DNA of 64,000 nucleotides, taken from NCBI RefSeq assembly GCF_009914755.1, contig NC_060925.1. One strand, 5' to 3'. The notes beneath the pieces are model-generated. The model saw only the letters and a program-made list of their open reading frames with translations. It did not search any database and was not told where the DNA came from. Position numbers and translations under genes: made by a program. This DNA comes from the human T2T-CHM13v2.0 reference genome, Homo sapiens. Below, one piece after another: positions 25,585 to 40,257 of this stretch. Positions within the stretch are counted from its first letter, which is position 1, and each line of letters opens with the position of its first letter.

Positions 25585-28500
25585 TATTTTCTAGGCAGAA
25601 GAATTATTAGTACCAGAACTGATAAATACCAAGCCACAAAAGCCAGCTTTGAAGTCTAGACAAGCTATTTCCTTCTTCTACTGGTTTCTATTTATAATAC
25701 TTCTCCTGCAGGAGGGTTTTCTGCTCTCTGATAGCTATATGATGGCACAAACATGCACACACACACACACACACATCCCACCTTGGAACTCCATCCAAAA
25801 AGCCTGTGGCAGTAGTGGCTCCACCTCAGCAGGCTAGAGCTGCCACCACCAAGACCTCTTCCCCTAGGGCTGATCCTTCCCGCTGTCAGCCCCACATAGC
25901 GGCATTTCCCTAACAGCCTCTCATCATCCCATCGGTGGCTGAAAGCAAGTCACCAAGCTGCTGTGTAAGCTGCACAGGGAGTGCTACTTGTCCCTGTGGA
26001 TTCAGTTTCTGTTTCTTCTGTTTGTGGTTGCTCCTTAGGATGCTTTGCTCTCTTGTGTAGCCTGAGATATGAAGAACAAATGCGGGGCTCATTCTCCACT
26101 CCCCTCCTGCACAGCCCCTTAGCCCAGCCAGAGGAGCCCATCACCACCCCCAGGACTCATGCTTGCTCTGTGCCTCCTGCCTTCACTTGCTGTCTTCTCT
26201 CCCCACTGGCCCATTCTTCAGAACCCTTCCCTGCTCCCCCAGGTCTACCTCGAGTAAGGCCAGCAATTCAGAGCACATGTCTAGTCTTTACAGGGGCCTG
26301 GAGCAACGATGATCAACACAACCCACTGGACTTTGTGCAGGACCAGGGCAGAAGCTCAGTCCTCAAGCTGATCAGCAGGAGGGGCAGGAGCACTGTGAAT
26401 TCAGGCAACTCGGACGCCTGGGGTTGATGAAGATCCAACCCCTGCTCATAGCCAAGGGCAGATCCCAGTGTTTGTGGTGCAATTTTGAGAGCCTAAGAAA
26501 AAGAACACGGAAATATCTGTGTTTGCAATTGTACAAAAACACGTGATCATATGAACACACTGCTGTGACCCCTCTCAAAGCCAGAGAAGGGTCTGAAGCT
26601 CAGTCTTCAGTCCTTCCCAGAAAATGCACCTCTCTTCATAGCACTAGCCACCCCACCCCCACAGCACCTGTGCTTGGCAGGAACAGAAGTATTAGGTAGG
26701 GAGAAGGCAGAGTCCGTGGGTCATCACTGGACCGAGAGTAGCCATTCACTCATTCATTCACCACCATGTCACTCACAGCCAGGCTGTGCTACCCACTCCT
26801 GCTCCTGCTCCTTGCCCAGGCACGGTGTGCACATAGTGCCTACAGTGAAGGATACCTCCATGTGTCCCTTCAGGCAGCACATACAACTTGGCACGTGAAG
26901 CCTGACCTGGATTTCAGCCCCAATTCGCCCCCTCCCCCTCCACCATGTTCAAGCTCAACCCTACTCATAGCCTCCTAATGCACACCTGCTGCCATCCGCT
27001 GGGTCTGGAATGCCTCCCACGCCCACCTGGCAAACTCTTTCGAGACTGGGGCCAGACCTTTTTTCTCCAGGGAGGCTTTCTCTGACCTACCTAAGCAGTT
27101 AAAACATGACTTCCATGTATCCTTGTATGTGCCTATCATCCTACCTCCTGTGCGACATCACTGTGATTTGTACTGCTTTCTGCCTCTCATTCACTCTTGG
27201 ACACCTGAACATACCATGGACTCATGCAAACGTCCCTTGTTGAACGTGCATTCTATGTCAGACGCTTCTAAGGCTTTGCACAACATCCCACATGCATTGG
27301 AAGTGAACAGGGCTAGGGTTATTTATACACTTCCTGCCTGTCAGAATTGACTCCAGGCCTGGAGTGGGACTGAAACTGCAGTCAGGAATCAGAGAGCTGG
27401 GGAAGGCAGAGACGGGGCGGTGGGTGGGAACCAGTGTATCTTCGGCATTTACCACTTACTGCTTCATATGCTCTATCCATATGATGTGTTCCTTTGGATG
27501 CACAAGCTACATACAGGCAGTGGCTGTGTCACACAATTCATTATGTAAATATTCTTTCATAAACAGCATGGGCCTTGCACACAATGTTTGGTAAATAAAT
27601 ATTGTGGCATGCTTGGTTGTCATGATTCAAAACTGGACAGTATCTACTGAATCACATAGCTGAGAATTTGCTTTGTCCGTCTTACCACCTTCAAGCAACT
27701 GTGCAAAGATGGCTCAGTTTGGCCTTCAGTTCTCTAATGAGACTCCCCAGCATTCATTAGAACTCCATCCCGCCAAGAGATACTCACCTACAGATCTTCT
27801 GAATGAAATGACTGTTGCAGCACAACTTCCTATGATCTTCTACGCAAAACCAAGTGTCTGGCCTCATGTTCGAAGTCACCCTTAGATTTGACACAAGTAA
27901 CATTTGATTCTGGTAAACATATACCTCTCTACAACTTCATGTAATCTACAATCTGCAAGCATAAAATGAAAAGTACTTGGAATTGAGTATTAAAGAAAAT
28001 GTACATGCATATTCTAAATTGTGCCTTCAGAGAGATTATGCTTTAATAAAAAGAATTCTGGGGTGAGTTCAGGACTGGTTCCATGGACAATTGGAAACTC
28101 CACACTTAGTAGAATTGATGAAGTGCTGCAGGCTTTATGTGCATTGTTAACTAACGAGTAGTAAATTCAGTTAACTTGATAAAACAATTGGAACACTAAC
28201 TGCACCTTCTTTGTAAATAATGTCTTTATCCTTCCAGTAGTAGTTAAGCTCACCCTCCTGCTAAATTCCACAATACTGTGTATCTTTCTTGTGTCTCCCT
28301 GTCTTTTCCTTTAGATTCATTCAACAAATCAAGCTGAACATCTGTTACTGCTTGCCACTGCTCTGAATGCTAGCAATACTGCAGGGAACAAGCCAGATCA
28401 GTCCTGCCCTCTTGGAACTTATGTTGTGGTGATGAAGACACACAGGACACAGATACAAGAGTGTGTTTCCTCTGCCCCAGGACTGAAAGCTCCTTGAAGA

Positions 28501-30009
28501 TAGAAACCACGTCTGAAAAATAAAAAAAAAAGTAATAGAAAAGTCTTTGAAATCTTGGCTCCTGCTATACAGTTTGCTTATCTGGTGGAATTTGCAAGTT
28601 CTAGCAGCTAAGATGTTGTGCCCACACCCTGTAACATCTGTCTGGTGTCTCCATCACACACCCCAGATGTCACACCCAGTCGTACCATGCACCAGGTAGC
28701 CCAAGCTGTTCCCAGCACTTACGCTCCTCCCCTGCCCTAAGATGAGAACATCCAAGGCTGAATTAACAGGGCAGAAAGAAAGGAGCTGGGGGACATAAAA
28801 GTAACTTGTTCACTGGCCTATTAATATCTAAAATCTTCCTGTCATTTACATGAAAATAATTAAGGTTTGGGGAAAATATCAACAAGCTTAAATGTCATCA
28901 CATGGGCTGTTACCTCTTCTAATAGGCACCAAAAATAAGAATAACTCTCCCCTCGCTCCCATCTTTTTCAACTTCCACTCTTTAAGGAATCCACCAATAA
29001 CGTCGCTGGCCCCAACTAGTGAGTTTGGGACCCCAAGGTGGATGGCAACTCACAGTGTCATGATAAAGGTGGGGCAGCCAGAAACCAGAGCCGGCAGGGC
29101 TTTGCCTCCTAAATACCCCCTTGTGCTTTGTTGGGAGTTCTTTCAGCTCTAGAGAAGAAAAAAGGAAGACAATGGGCTCTAGGACATTCCCGCTGGCGCA
29201 GAACCTGGGCCCACTCCCGGGGCTCCCAAGGGGTGGGTCCCAGAAATCTTTCTGTGAATCCCCTCTGCCTAGAAGTCTTCCTCCGTAAGACAAGGCAGCT
29301 CTGTTTAGGATCTGACTAGCCCTTTCTTCTGTGGGAATCATAGAGCACCTGCTAGCAGCACAAATCCTTCCAGACTAATCCTCTGCATGCATTGTCCAAA
29401 AGCCTCTCAGAACAGATTATATATAGTGCTCCTCTAGGGAAACTCCTGGTTCTGAGCTCATCTAGAACCTTCCTTCCCAAATATCCACCAACGTGGGGGG
29501 GAGCTTCTTGCTTTGCGAAATTTGAATGTGAAGTTTTTCATCCCTTGAGCATCGTGAAGATGTGGAGGATGAGCCTGTTTAAGGATTCTGCCACGGAAAA
29601 GAGTTTCATAAATGTTCCACCTTGTGAGCACCTAGGGGTATGGTAATTAAGAGTTATTTAACCTTCTGACTCTCTCAGTACCGTTTTTCATTTCCTCCAA
29701 GCATTAACGTCTGCTATTGAAGACACTGGGGACCCCTCTACAGCTATTCTAGTTTTCCAAATGTCCTCTTTTTTAGCTGGTTGAAATCCCTGAGGCTCCA
29801 GAAAACCATGATTTGTTTTTGTTTTTGTTTTTTTTCATTTGTGAATTCTTTTCTCTCTCTTGCCTGGATCACTAATCCCAGCCTCAGCTGGCAATGAATG
29901 TTGGGGTCTCAAGCAGATTGCCCTCCCTTTTGGACAGCAAAACACGGCTGCTCAGGGCTTCCTCTAGAACCCATTAGAGCCCAATTCCTCCATAGACTGC
30001 GAAACTCCA

Positions 30010-30215
30010 CCCACGAAACTTTGGTTCCCTGGCCTCCTCCTACCTTCCCAGTGCCCTCAGGAAACCCTCTGTTACCTCAGTTGGCATATCTGTATAATGG
30101 GGATAAAAACATAGTACCTAGCTTCTGGATAATTGTGTGATTACATGAGATAATACGTATGAAGCACTTTACCCAGAGCCTGGGATGTAGCTCTCAATAA
30201 ATGTTAGCTATTACT
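30010..30215 (+). mobile_element. MIR
   Basis: CCTCAGTTGGCATATCTGTATAATGGGGATAAAAACATAGTACCTA...ATTACATGAGATAATACGTATGAAGCACTT...CTCAATAAATGTTAGCTATTA. Confidence 0.75.
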
Positions 30216-30833
30216 TTTATGGCTGATTGGTATCGATTCATGTTGGCTCACGGCATGCCACTCAAATAGGTTTGTTCCTGTTCAGCAAGAAGTCAGTACA
30301 CATTCCTAAGGTGCCCAGTGCTCCCTGAAGAGGGGTATTCTTGATTGTAACTTGAGATTGTGCGAGACATGCATAAAACACGGAGCTCCTCTTACCTTAT
30401 AAATAGACAGTGTCTATTTCCCTTGCAGTTTTTCCATATGTTCTTTTTTGAGTTTGTTTTATTTCCCTCTTTTAAAGTCTAGAAGAGCTGGATGCACAAA
30501 ATACATTTTGGAACTCACTTATCAGAAGAAAGCCCATCAGAAAGACAGCATTTGCTTTCCTATTATTGATACTGATATTAATAAATAGTGAAATAGCGCT
30601 TGGCACTTAGAAAACAATGCTTTCCACCTCCAATAGCATTTGCAAGCATTAAGGAGTTCTTCTAAGCATTGCTTCTATAAGGTAGGAAAGCACTCACTCT
30701 CTTCCATTCATCAAAATATCACACACATCTACTACAAGAACCTATGTTCTATTGTTCTTTTTTGTTGTTGTTTGATTTTAACACAGAAGAGTTACTTCTT
30801 GGCCATTGTATATAGTCAACATTAAAAATTTGA

Positions 30834-31125
<292 letters not shown>

Positions 31126-31483
31126 AAAATTTGATTATTTTTAACCATTGAGTCTCCCTACTTAGGAGAGAGACTTCCTATTTCCCTATTTAGGAAATAT
31201 TAGTTAAATCTGAGACAGAGAAGTCTGACTCTAGCACTCTCGGCCCTTTGATGGGAAGGGGAAATGTTTTTTCTGTTTTGTTTCCACACAGAGCACCAAG
31301 CAAAACCCCAACGCTGAGCTGTCTGATGGAACTTTCCACAGTGATAGAACCGTTCTACAAGGTGCATTCTTGAGCATAGCAGCCACCAGCCACATGTGGC
31401 AAATGAGCACTGGAAATATGGCTAGTGTTATTGAGACACTGGATTTTTAAGTTAGTTTAATATTAATGATTTTGAATTTACAT

Positions 31484-31779
31484 TTTTGGTTTTTAAGAGA
31501 CAGAGTCCCTCTTTGTCAACCAGGCTGGAATGCAGTGACATGATCAAAGTTCATTGTAGCCTCAAATTCCTGGGCTCAAACAATCCTCCCACCTCAGCAT
31601 CCCAAGTAGCTGAGACTATACCATCACACCTGGCTGATTTAAAAAAAAAAAAATTTTTTTAAAGACCAGCTATGTTGCCCAGGCTTGTCTCAAACTCTTA
31701 GCCTTGCACAGTCCTCCTGCCTCAGGCTTCCAAGTACCTGAGAGTAGCTGGGACTACAGGCTGAGCTATGGCACCTAGT
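31484..31779 (-). mobile_element. AluJ (Jo-like)
   Basis: Diverged antisense dimer, J-type CATTGTAGCCTCAAATTCCTGGGCTCAA. Confidence 0.85.
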
Positions 31780-31781
31780 TA

Positions 31782-32069
31782 TTTTTTTTGTTTGTTTATT
31801 TATTTTGAGACAGAGTCTCTCTCTGTTGCTTAGGCTGGAGTGCAGTGGTGCCGTCTCAACTCACTGCAGCCTCAGCATTCCCAACTCAAGTAATCCTCTC
31901 ACCTCAGCCTCCCAAGTAGCTGGGACTACGGTTATATGCTACCACGCCCAGCTAATTTTGTTTATTTTTTGTAGAGACAAGGTTGCATTATGTTCTCCAG
32001 GCTGGCCTTGAACTCCTGCCCTCAAGCGATCCCCTGCCTAGGCCTCCCAAAGTGCTGGGTTTGCAGGTG
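31782..32069 (-). mobile_element. AluJ (Jb-like), slightly 5' truncated
   Basis: GAGACAGAGTCTC...CACTGCAGCCTC...CCTCCCAAAGTGCTGGGTTTGCAGGTGT. Confidence 0.9.
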
Positions 32070-33219
32070 TTCCAGCTCCTGAATTTAGATTGGAATCGAC
32101 ACACGTGGCTGGTGGCTACCCTATCAGACAGCACAGCTCTCACACCGCAGGAAAATGTTGTCTCTGCATGCAAGAGGGATTGCGGCCATGAGGAAAACAT
32201 TCATATGGCCCTATTTTAAAACTTGGCCTTTGAAATGAGTTTTTAGATTTTTAAAATAGAAATATCTGGCTACTCTGACAAGTCTCTAGAAAAGTCAGGC
32301 TTGAAAACTGCCAGCACCCTGGTAGCGTGGTTCATCGCTCATCAATCTTTAATGCTCTGTTCAAAGTAACCTCTATATCAAGGTTGCTTGAGTGAAGGGA
32401 GTGTGTGGATATTGACAAGCAGGCTGCCACGGGCTCCTGAGAAAACTGTGGGCACATTCCTCTTTTGCATGAGGCTCTTCTATAACTGAGATTTTTTTTT
32501 AACTGCAGAATGTGGCTGTAAATTAATAGCTTTCTTGACAAAAGAGCCTCCCAATGCCAACTACTGATTTTCTGTTCTCTATCCATTTTTTGTTAAGCTA
32601 GACACATTCGCATAGAACACCAAGGACAGCTCAATGCAGAGGAGACCAGAAAGGGCAGGTCTTGGGCCGGAGAAGTGGGTCAGGTAGGAACAAAACAAAA
32701 CGAAATGTTTGTCCCATTTGGAAAGGAAACAGTCACAAGCAATTTGTGCCACTGCCAGAACGCAAGTCCAGAAATGCTTGTACCCAAAATACATGTTCCA
32801 CTGAATACAGCCCTTAGAATAAGGATGGAAGCTCCTCTTGGCCCCCGGCACTTACATCCAAGGAGGCAAACTGACGCCTGCTGTCAGATCAGGGGAAGTC
32901 AGGAGGTTAATAGTCTTGATCCCAAACCTCCTGGGAAAGCTGAAAAGTTGAATCCAGCTGCAACAAACAGCTTGGGACTCAGGAGTGATATGCGGCTGTC
33001 TGTCACTCACAGACTGTACGCAGGCATGCCAGTAACGTCTCCTTAAAGCAGAAGAGGGAAAATGAGAACCACAGCAAACAATTACCAATAACAGTGAAAG
33101 CTGAGATAGAAAGCACCATTACTTTTGTAATTCCTTTTGTGTCAAGGTGTGTGTATTTATAGCTCGCTCTCTATTAAACCATTTAAGAGTTAGCAGTTAT
33201 GCTTTGCACATTGATGAAT

Positions 33220-33705
33220 ATAGTAATTATCTATCACTGCATAACAAATCACCCCAAAACTTAGTGGCTTAAAACAACAATCACCATTTTTTTTACCTCT
33301 CACTGTTTCTGAAAGCTGCGATTCAGGAGTAGCTCAGCCAGGTACTTTGGGTGTAGGGCTTCTCCTGAGATTGCAGGCGATGTCAGCTGGGGCCACAGTC
33401 ATCGGAATGCTTGACAGAGTTGAAGAATCCACTTTGGAAGTGGCTCACTCACACAGCTGGTGAGCTGGTGTTGCCTAGTTGCTTTTTGGTACATGGGTCT
33501 CTGGACAGAGAGTCTTCATGATAAAGCAGCTGGCTCCCCCTAAAGCAATTGGTCCAAGCACAGGTGGTGCCTGGCCCTGGAAGTCATACACATCACTCCT
33601 GCTGAGCTCTGTCGGGTACACAGGCCAGCTCCGATTCACTGTGGGAGAAGAACACACCAGGGAGGCCTGGGGCCTCATGAGCCATCTTGGAGGCCGGCCA
33701 CCACT
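33220..33705 (-). mobile_element. MLT1F/G-like MaLR solo LTR
   Basis: TATCTATCACTGCATAACAAATCACCCCAAAACTTAGTGGCTTAAAACAAC...GCCATCTTGGAGGCCGGCCACCAC. Confidence 0.75.
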
Positions 33706-33739
33706 GTGGAAAGTGTATTTTTAGAGTAGAAGTATAATT

Positions 33740-34570
33740 GACCCTAAATTGAAACAACAATGATATGTCACTTTTTATTCTTCACATAAGTATAAAATTT
33801 AAAAAAAATATATCCTGCCCCAGAGGGGAACTGGGGAGAAGGGTCATCTCCATTGTGGCTTGTGATAAAATAAATTAGCACCATCTACCTGGAAAACAAA
33901 GTAACTATCAACATTTTCAGTGTGTGTGACATTCAATCCTTCTGCTCTTTTATCTCCGTCCTAGAGAAGGACCAAGTATGTGTACAAAGAGGCAAAACCC
34001 AGAATGTTTGCTGCAGCTCTCAGGGGTGGGGGTAACAGTAACAGACGAGAAGTAACCCAAGTTGTTTCTTCGAGGTAACTGGTTAGAAAGCTATGGTCCT
34101 GTGTGATGGTTGTGCATCTCTGAATATACTGAAAAAAAAAACCCTCTGAATTATATACTTTAAGTGCATGAAGTTTATGGTAAGTGAATTATATCTTAAT
34201 CAAGCTGTTAGAGCAAACAAAAAACAACTATGGTACATTCACAGAAGGGACTACATATAATGCAGTTGTAAAAAAGATAATAATAAAGAATAAGCTTTCT
34301 AGGATTTCATTAGTGAAAAAACAGAGAATAGTGTATTCAACGTGCTACCTTTGGGAAGGGTGCAAAATAATGATATGCATTTATATTTGCTTATATCTGC
34401 AAGAAGACAGGCTAGAAGGATACCCAAGAAACAAAGCTGAGGGTGGGGCAGATGGGGAGGAAGGAGGTAGACGGGACAGAGGCATACGCAGGCTTCTCAG
34501 TATATATCTTTGTTATATCATTCTGATGTTTGAACCATGTATATTACCTAATGAGAAATACGATAAAGTA
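33740..34570 (+). mobile_element. Very old L1ME/MC 3'UTR fragments
   Basis: Degenerate L1 3'UTR motifs (TATGGTACATTCACAGAAGGGACTACATATAATGCAGTTG; TTTGAACCATGTATATTACCTA), with a short L1MB-like end at ~34100-34210. Confidence 0.55.
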
Positions 34571-34654
34571 ATAAAATACAGTAAAAAATTCTACACATTC
34601 TAGTTCTAACTCAATTACTACAATTAACTCTGTAGTTATAGAGATATAATTGTA

Positions 34655-34780
34655 CTTTTTTTTTGAGGTGAGGTTTTGCTGTGTTACCCAAATTGGTCTT
34701 GAACTCCAGTGCTCAAGTGATCCTCCCACTCCAGCCCCCCAAGTAGGTGGGATTATAGGTGTACATCACTGTGCCTGACT
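34655..34780 (-). mobile_element. FLAM-type Alu monomer
   Basis: Single antisense left arm: GGTCTTGAACTCCAGTGCTCAAGTGATCCTCCC...GGATTATAGGTG. Confidence 0.8.
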
Positions 34781-34861
34781 TTCATTTTCCTTTTCTGAGT
34801 TTCAGTTCTCTCTTCTCTCAAATGGATTCATTGTTCTTTGATCTCTTGGTGTCTCTGAAAG

Positions 34862-35020
34862 TCATTATATATGACTTTGTATAAATTCATTATATATGAA
34901 TATATGTCTATATTCATTGTTGTTTGAATATATGTCTATATTCATATATAATGTGTATGTATATGTGTATGTCTATATATGTATGTATGTCTATATACAT
35001 ACACATATACATTCATACAT
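34862..35020. repeat. (TA)/(TATG) low-complexity repeat
   Basis: Repeated GAATATATGTCTATATTCA and TATG units. Confidence 0.85.
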
Positions 35021-36067
35021 GTTTTAAAAGAGGGAAGGAAAAAGCTTAATTGATTAGATGGTATTCCAGCCTGTGTTTCCTTAGTTATATGTGTGTAAAA
35101 AATGCTTTGCCTGGTTGTGCCCCACAGCCACACTTCACCTATTACCTGAATTATGGGTCTAAGAGATGACGGAAGCTCTTGGAGAACTTAATTCATAACC
35201 CACATCTCCATGGAATGTTCCCACCATGTGACCACAAAGTGGAGAGAGACATCGATAACTAAGAACAAGCAATGTCTGATCCTATAGATAAAATGAACAG
35301 GAATGGATACTGGGGCAGGAAACCCAAGTTTTCAACAGAGAAGTGGTTAGAACAGGGGTAGAACCAAGACAACTGGAATATTAGAATGATGAGACAGTGA
35401 TATGCAGGCATCTTTTTTCATCATCTCAAATTCAGAATTTATTGTAGATATGGACACTGTACTAGAACTGCAGGTGCCCTCTCCGGCTCTTCCACAGCCC
35501 AGTGTCCCCTCCAGTTGCATGCCACCAGCAGATGACATTCTCACCATCACAGCAACCATTGGATTTACTACCAGAAGACGCCAGTTAACAACATATGTAG
35601 AAGTGCAGTGATACATCAATCCACTAGCACTCCTGAACACATCAGCCTGGCGTGAGCAGAGCCCTGTAGAGCCCTGACATGGAAGAAAACAGGCCCCTGA
35701 ATGAAATGAACAAAAAGATGTGGAAGCAAAGAGAGGAAGCCTAGGTAGGCACTGCCATAAGGGCAGCTGGGAGGTAGAAGAAGGCTCTGGCCTCCCAGGA
35801 GGAGTTTGGGGAGCCTGTCTGACACTGTGGATATACTTGCCTTCAAGTGCTTGCAAAGCTGTCACGTTGATGAAAGCATTGAGTTTTATTTTTCGAGACG
35901 GCATTCTGAACTGGTGGCAATTCAAGTGAGAAGGACCGTGGCTCCAAGGAAAGAGCTTTCTACTAGGGGCTTCCTATCACTCAGCTCATGCAGCCTGGAC
36001 CACTGTCTTCCATCCAAGATGCTGGAACATTAGTGTCCACACCCAGATACAAATAGAATCACACAGA

Positions 36068-36213
36068 GCAGCTTGTTCCAAATCAGCTTCTCAGGCCTCA
36101 TCCCAGACACTCAGAGTTAGCAAGTCAAAGGAGGACCCCAACTTTGGGTTCCCAACAAGCACCCCAGGTGACTCTGATACAGCAGCATGTGAAATGAAAT
36201 TTGGAAGCCACTT
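36068..36213. mobile_element. MER5-like hAT fragment
   Basis: CAGGCCTCATCCCAGAC...AACAAGCACCCCAGGTGACTCTGATACAGC...TTTGGAAGCCACT. Confidence 0.6.
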
Positions 36214-36770
36214 AGATAAATAATCTAAAAATGGTTCAACTCAAGTTTCATGTTATCCAGAGTCTGGCCTGCCCCCAAAGAGAGGTAAATTATAATAATC
36301 CTTTCTATTTCTTTCCAAGAAAGAAAAAGTCTTGGTTCTGCAACCTTGTTGTCTTGGCAACATTTCTTGTTGAAGTCTGTATTTCATCACTCAAATCCTT
36401 GCACCACAAGAAAATACAAGGCACCTTTAGAATTCTGCGGCAGGGAGAACATTGTAATCCCCCCGGGGACAGGCTGCGACACTATGTTAACGGGCTGTGT
36501 GGAACAGTGCTCAACCTGGAAAGGACACCTGTTCCCTGAAAGGGGGCCTGTCACTGCCCCCAGGCATCTGGAGACAAGGTCAGCAGGGTGAAAACACACC
36601 CTGCTGGGGTTGAGGGGATAATGGTTCACATCTTTTGTGGCCTGACCCTGGGCATATCACCTGACGATCTTGAGCCTAGTTTTCCATCTGTAAACTGTTG
36701 GCTACAATGTTCAGATGCATTTTAATTAATTCTGAAACTATATAGTAACTGTCACTTATGGAAGACCTAC

Positions 36771-37183
36771 TGATATGGTTTGGATATTTGTCCCCTCCAA
36801 ATCTCGTGTTGAAAAGTGACTCCCAGTGTTGGAGGTGGGAGGTGTTTGGATCACGGAGGTGGCTCCCTCATGCATGGCTTAGCACCATCCTCTTGGTGAT
36901 AAGTGAGTTCTTGCTCATTTAGTTCACCCAGTGTCTGATTGTTTTAAAAAGGCTGGGCCCTCCTCCTTGCTCTCTTGTTCCTGCTCTCACTATGTGATGT
37001 GCCTGCTCCTGCTTCACCTTCTACCATGATTATAAGCTTCCTGGGGTCCTCAGCAGAAGCCAAGCTGATGGTGGTGCCATGTTTGTACAGCTTGCAGAAA
37101 CATGAGCCAAATAAACCTTTTTTCTTTATAAATCATCCAGCCTCAGGTATTTCTTTACGGAAATGCAAAAACAACCTAACACA
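36771..37183 (+). mobile_element. MSTB MaLR solo LTR
   Basis: TGATATGGTTTGGATATTTGTCCCCTCC...AACCTAACACA with perfect 5-bp TSD CCTAC. Confidence 0.92.
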
Positions 37184-37261
37184 CCTACGAGAAGCAAAGT
37201 GTGGAAGTGTTCTCTCTAATATACGTGTGTGTGCACATGGTAGAAGGACCACTACTTATAC

Positions 37262-37416
37262 CTATGAGTAAAAGCTTCTGAGTCCTCCATGAAGCTGAGC
37301 AGATGCTGGTACCATGCTTGTACAGCCTGCAGAACTGTGAGCCAAACAAACCTCTTTCTTTATAAATAACTCAGCCCCAGGTATTCCTTTACAGCAATGC
37401 AAAATGAACTAATACA
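37262..37416 (+). mobile_element. MSTB1/2-like LTR 3' fragment
   Basis: CAGATGCTGGTACCATGCTTGTACAGCCTGCAGAACTGTGAGCCAAACAAACC...GAACTAATACA. Confidence 0.8.
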
Positions 37417-37658
37417 ATGCTCATACATGTAAGTATGCATACATGCGTGTGTATACACATATGAATGTGTGTGTGTGTTTTTCTCATCCTTACAATAGCC
37501 TCAAGGTTGTTGTTATTCCCATTTTTCTGGTATAGAAAGTGAGGCTCCAAGAAGGTAGGTATCTTCAGGCAGGTCTCAGTTCAAGGGGAGCTATTTGCCA
37601 GTATCTGTCCATGCATGTACTCTTTGACTCAGCTATTCTACTTGTAAGTAATCAGCAG

Positions 37659-38930
<1,272 letters not shown>

Positions 38931-39121
38931 CTGCACTTAATGCAAAATGATATATCTACAAGAATAGTCATTGCTGTATTCATTGTAATAGTAAAATAAT
39001 GAAAATAACCTAAATATGCATCAGGAAGTGAGTTTATACATTATGGTTTATATGACGGAATATACTATGCAGTTGTTAAAAAGAATGTGGCAGCTCTATA
39101 TGAGTTTATATAAAAGGATCA

Positions 39122-39439
<318 letters not shown>

Positions 39440-39639
39440 TATGTCATTGTATTTGGTGCAAAAAGGAAGAGTATAAATGCTACAATTTGTATTTGTGTCT
39501 ATTTATATGCATCAATGCCATGCAACATTTTTGGAAAAGATGCACAAAAGACTATTGACCCCAGTAGCCTCCCAGGAGGGCAGATGGGAGACAGAGCTAT
39601 CAAGCTAGAGGACAGAGCTATCAGGGCAAGGTACTGACG

Positions 39640-39880
39640 CTGGAGCCAGGCTGCCTCGCTCAGCTCCGCACTGTAGTGTGAGTTTGGGAAGGTGATCTCT
39701 TTGTGCATTAAACTCTTAATCTGTTAGTTTCACAATGTCTTTGTGCCTCAGTGTCCTCATCTGCAAATGGGAATGTTAATACCACTACTTGTTGTAAGGT
39801 TAAAAAAAAATTCATGCATATATGCAAAGGTTTAGTGTACAGCCTGACACAGAGTAAATGCCATAAAAGTATTTGCTATC
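39640..39880 (+). mobile_element. MIR
   Basis: TCTTTGTGCCTCAGTGTCCTCATCTGCAAATGGGAATG...GCCTGACACAGAGTAAATGCCATAAAAGTATTTGCTAT. Confidence 0.75.
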
Positions 39881-40105
39881 ATGATCTGTCCAAGAACACA
39901 TAAGTGAATTATGGAGGGCTGAGGGGAGGTGGTGCCACATTGCTATGACCAGCGACTATCATGCAGAACTTTTGAGCCCTCCCTACTGTGAGGGTCCAGA
40001 GAGAAGGGGCAGTTACTCGCCCGAGTCACTCTGAGAAGTAGAGGTTAGGCCTTGGAAGCCAGGCCAGGCTGAGCAGGGTCTCCTGGCTTTAGATCTAGTG
40101 GTTCC

Positions 40106-40257
40106 TTTTTGAGACAGAGTTTCACTCTCTCACCTAGGCTGGAGGACAATGGTGCAATCATAGCTTACTGCAGCCCTGAACTCCTGGGCTCAAGTGATCC
40201 TCCTGCCTCAGCCTCCCAAAACGCTGGGATTAAAGGACCGAGCCACTGTGCCCAGCC
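40106..40257 (-). mobile_element. FRAM-type Alu monomer (inside a MIR-like segment)
   Basis: Right-arm-type body joined directly to the Alu 5' end; TSD TCTAGTGG(T/C)TC(C/T)T. Confidence 0.8.

Larger units (their letters stand above)
31314..32136. mobile_element. MER3 (hAT-Charlie) interrupted by two tandem antisense AluJ elements
   Basis: CTGAGCTGTCTGATGGAACTTTCC...GCCACCAGCCACATGTGGC (left part) and CACGTGGCTGGTGGCTACCCTATCAGACAGCACAG (right part). Confidence 0.8.

Noticed and set aside
35347-35925. 192-aa minus-strand ORF in unique sequence
   Set aside because: TTG start, no recognisable domain, no poly(A)/TSD of a processed pseudogene, and a length compatible with chance. BLASTp or PhyloCSF would settle it.
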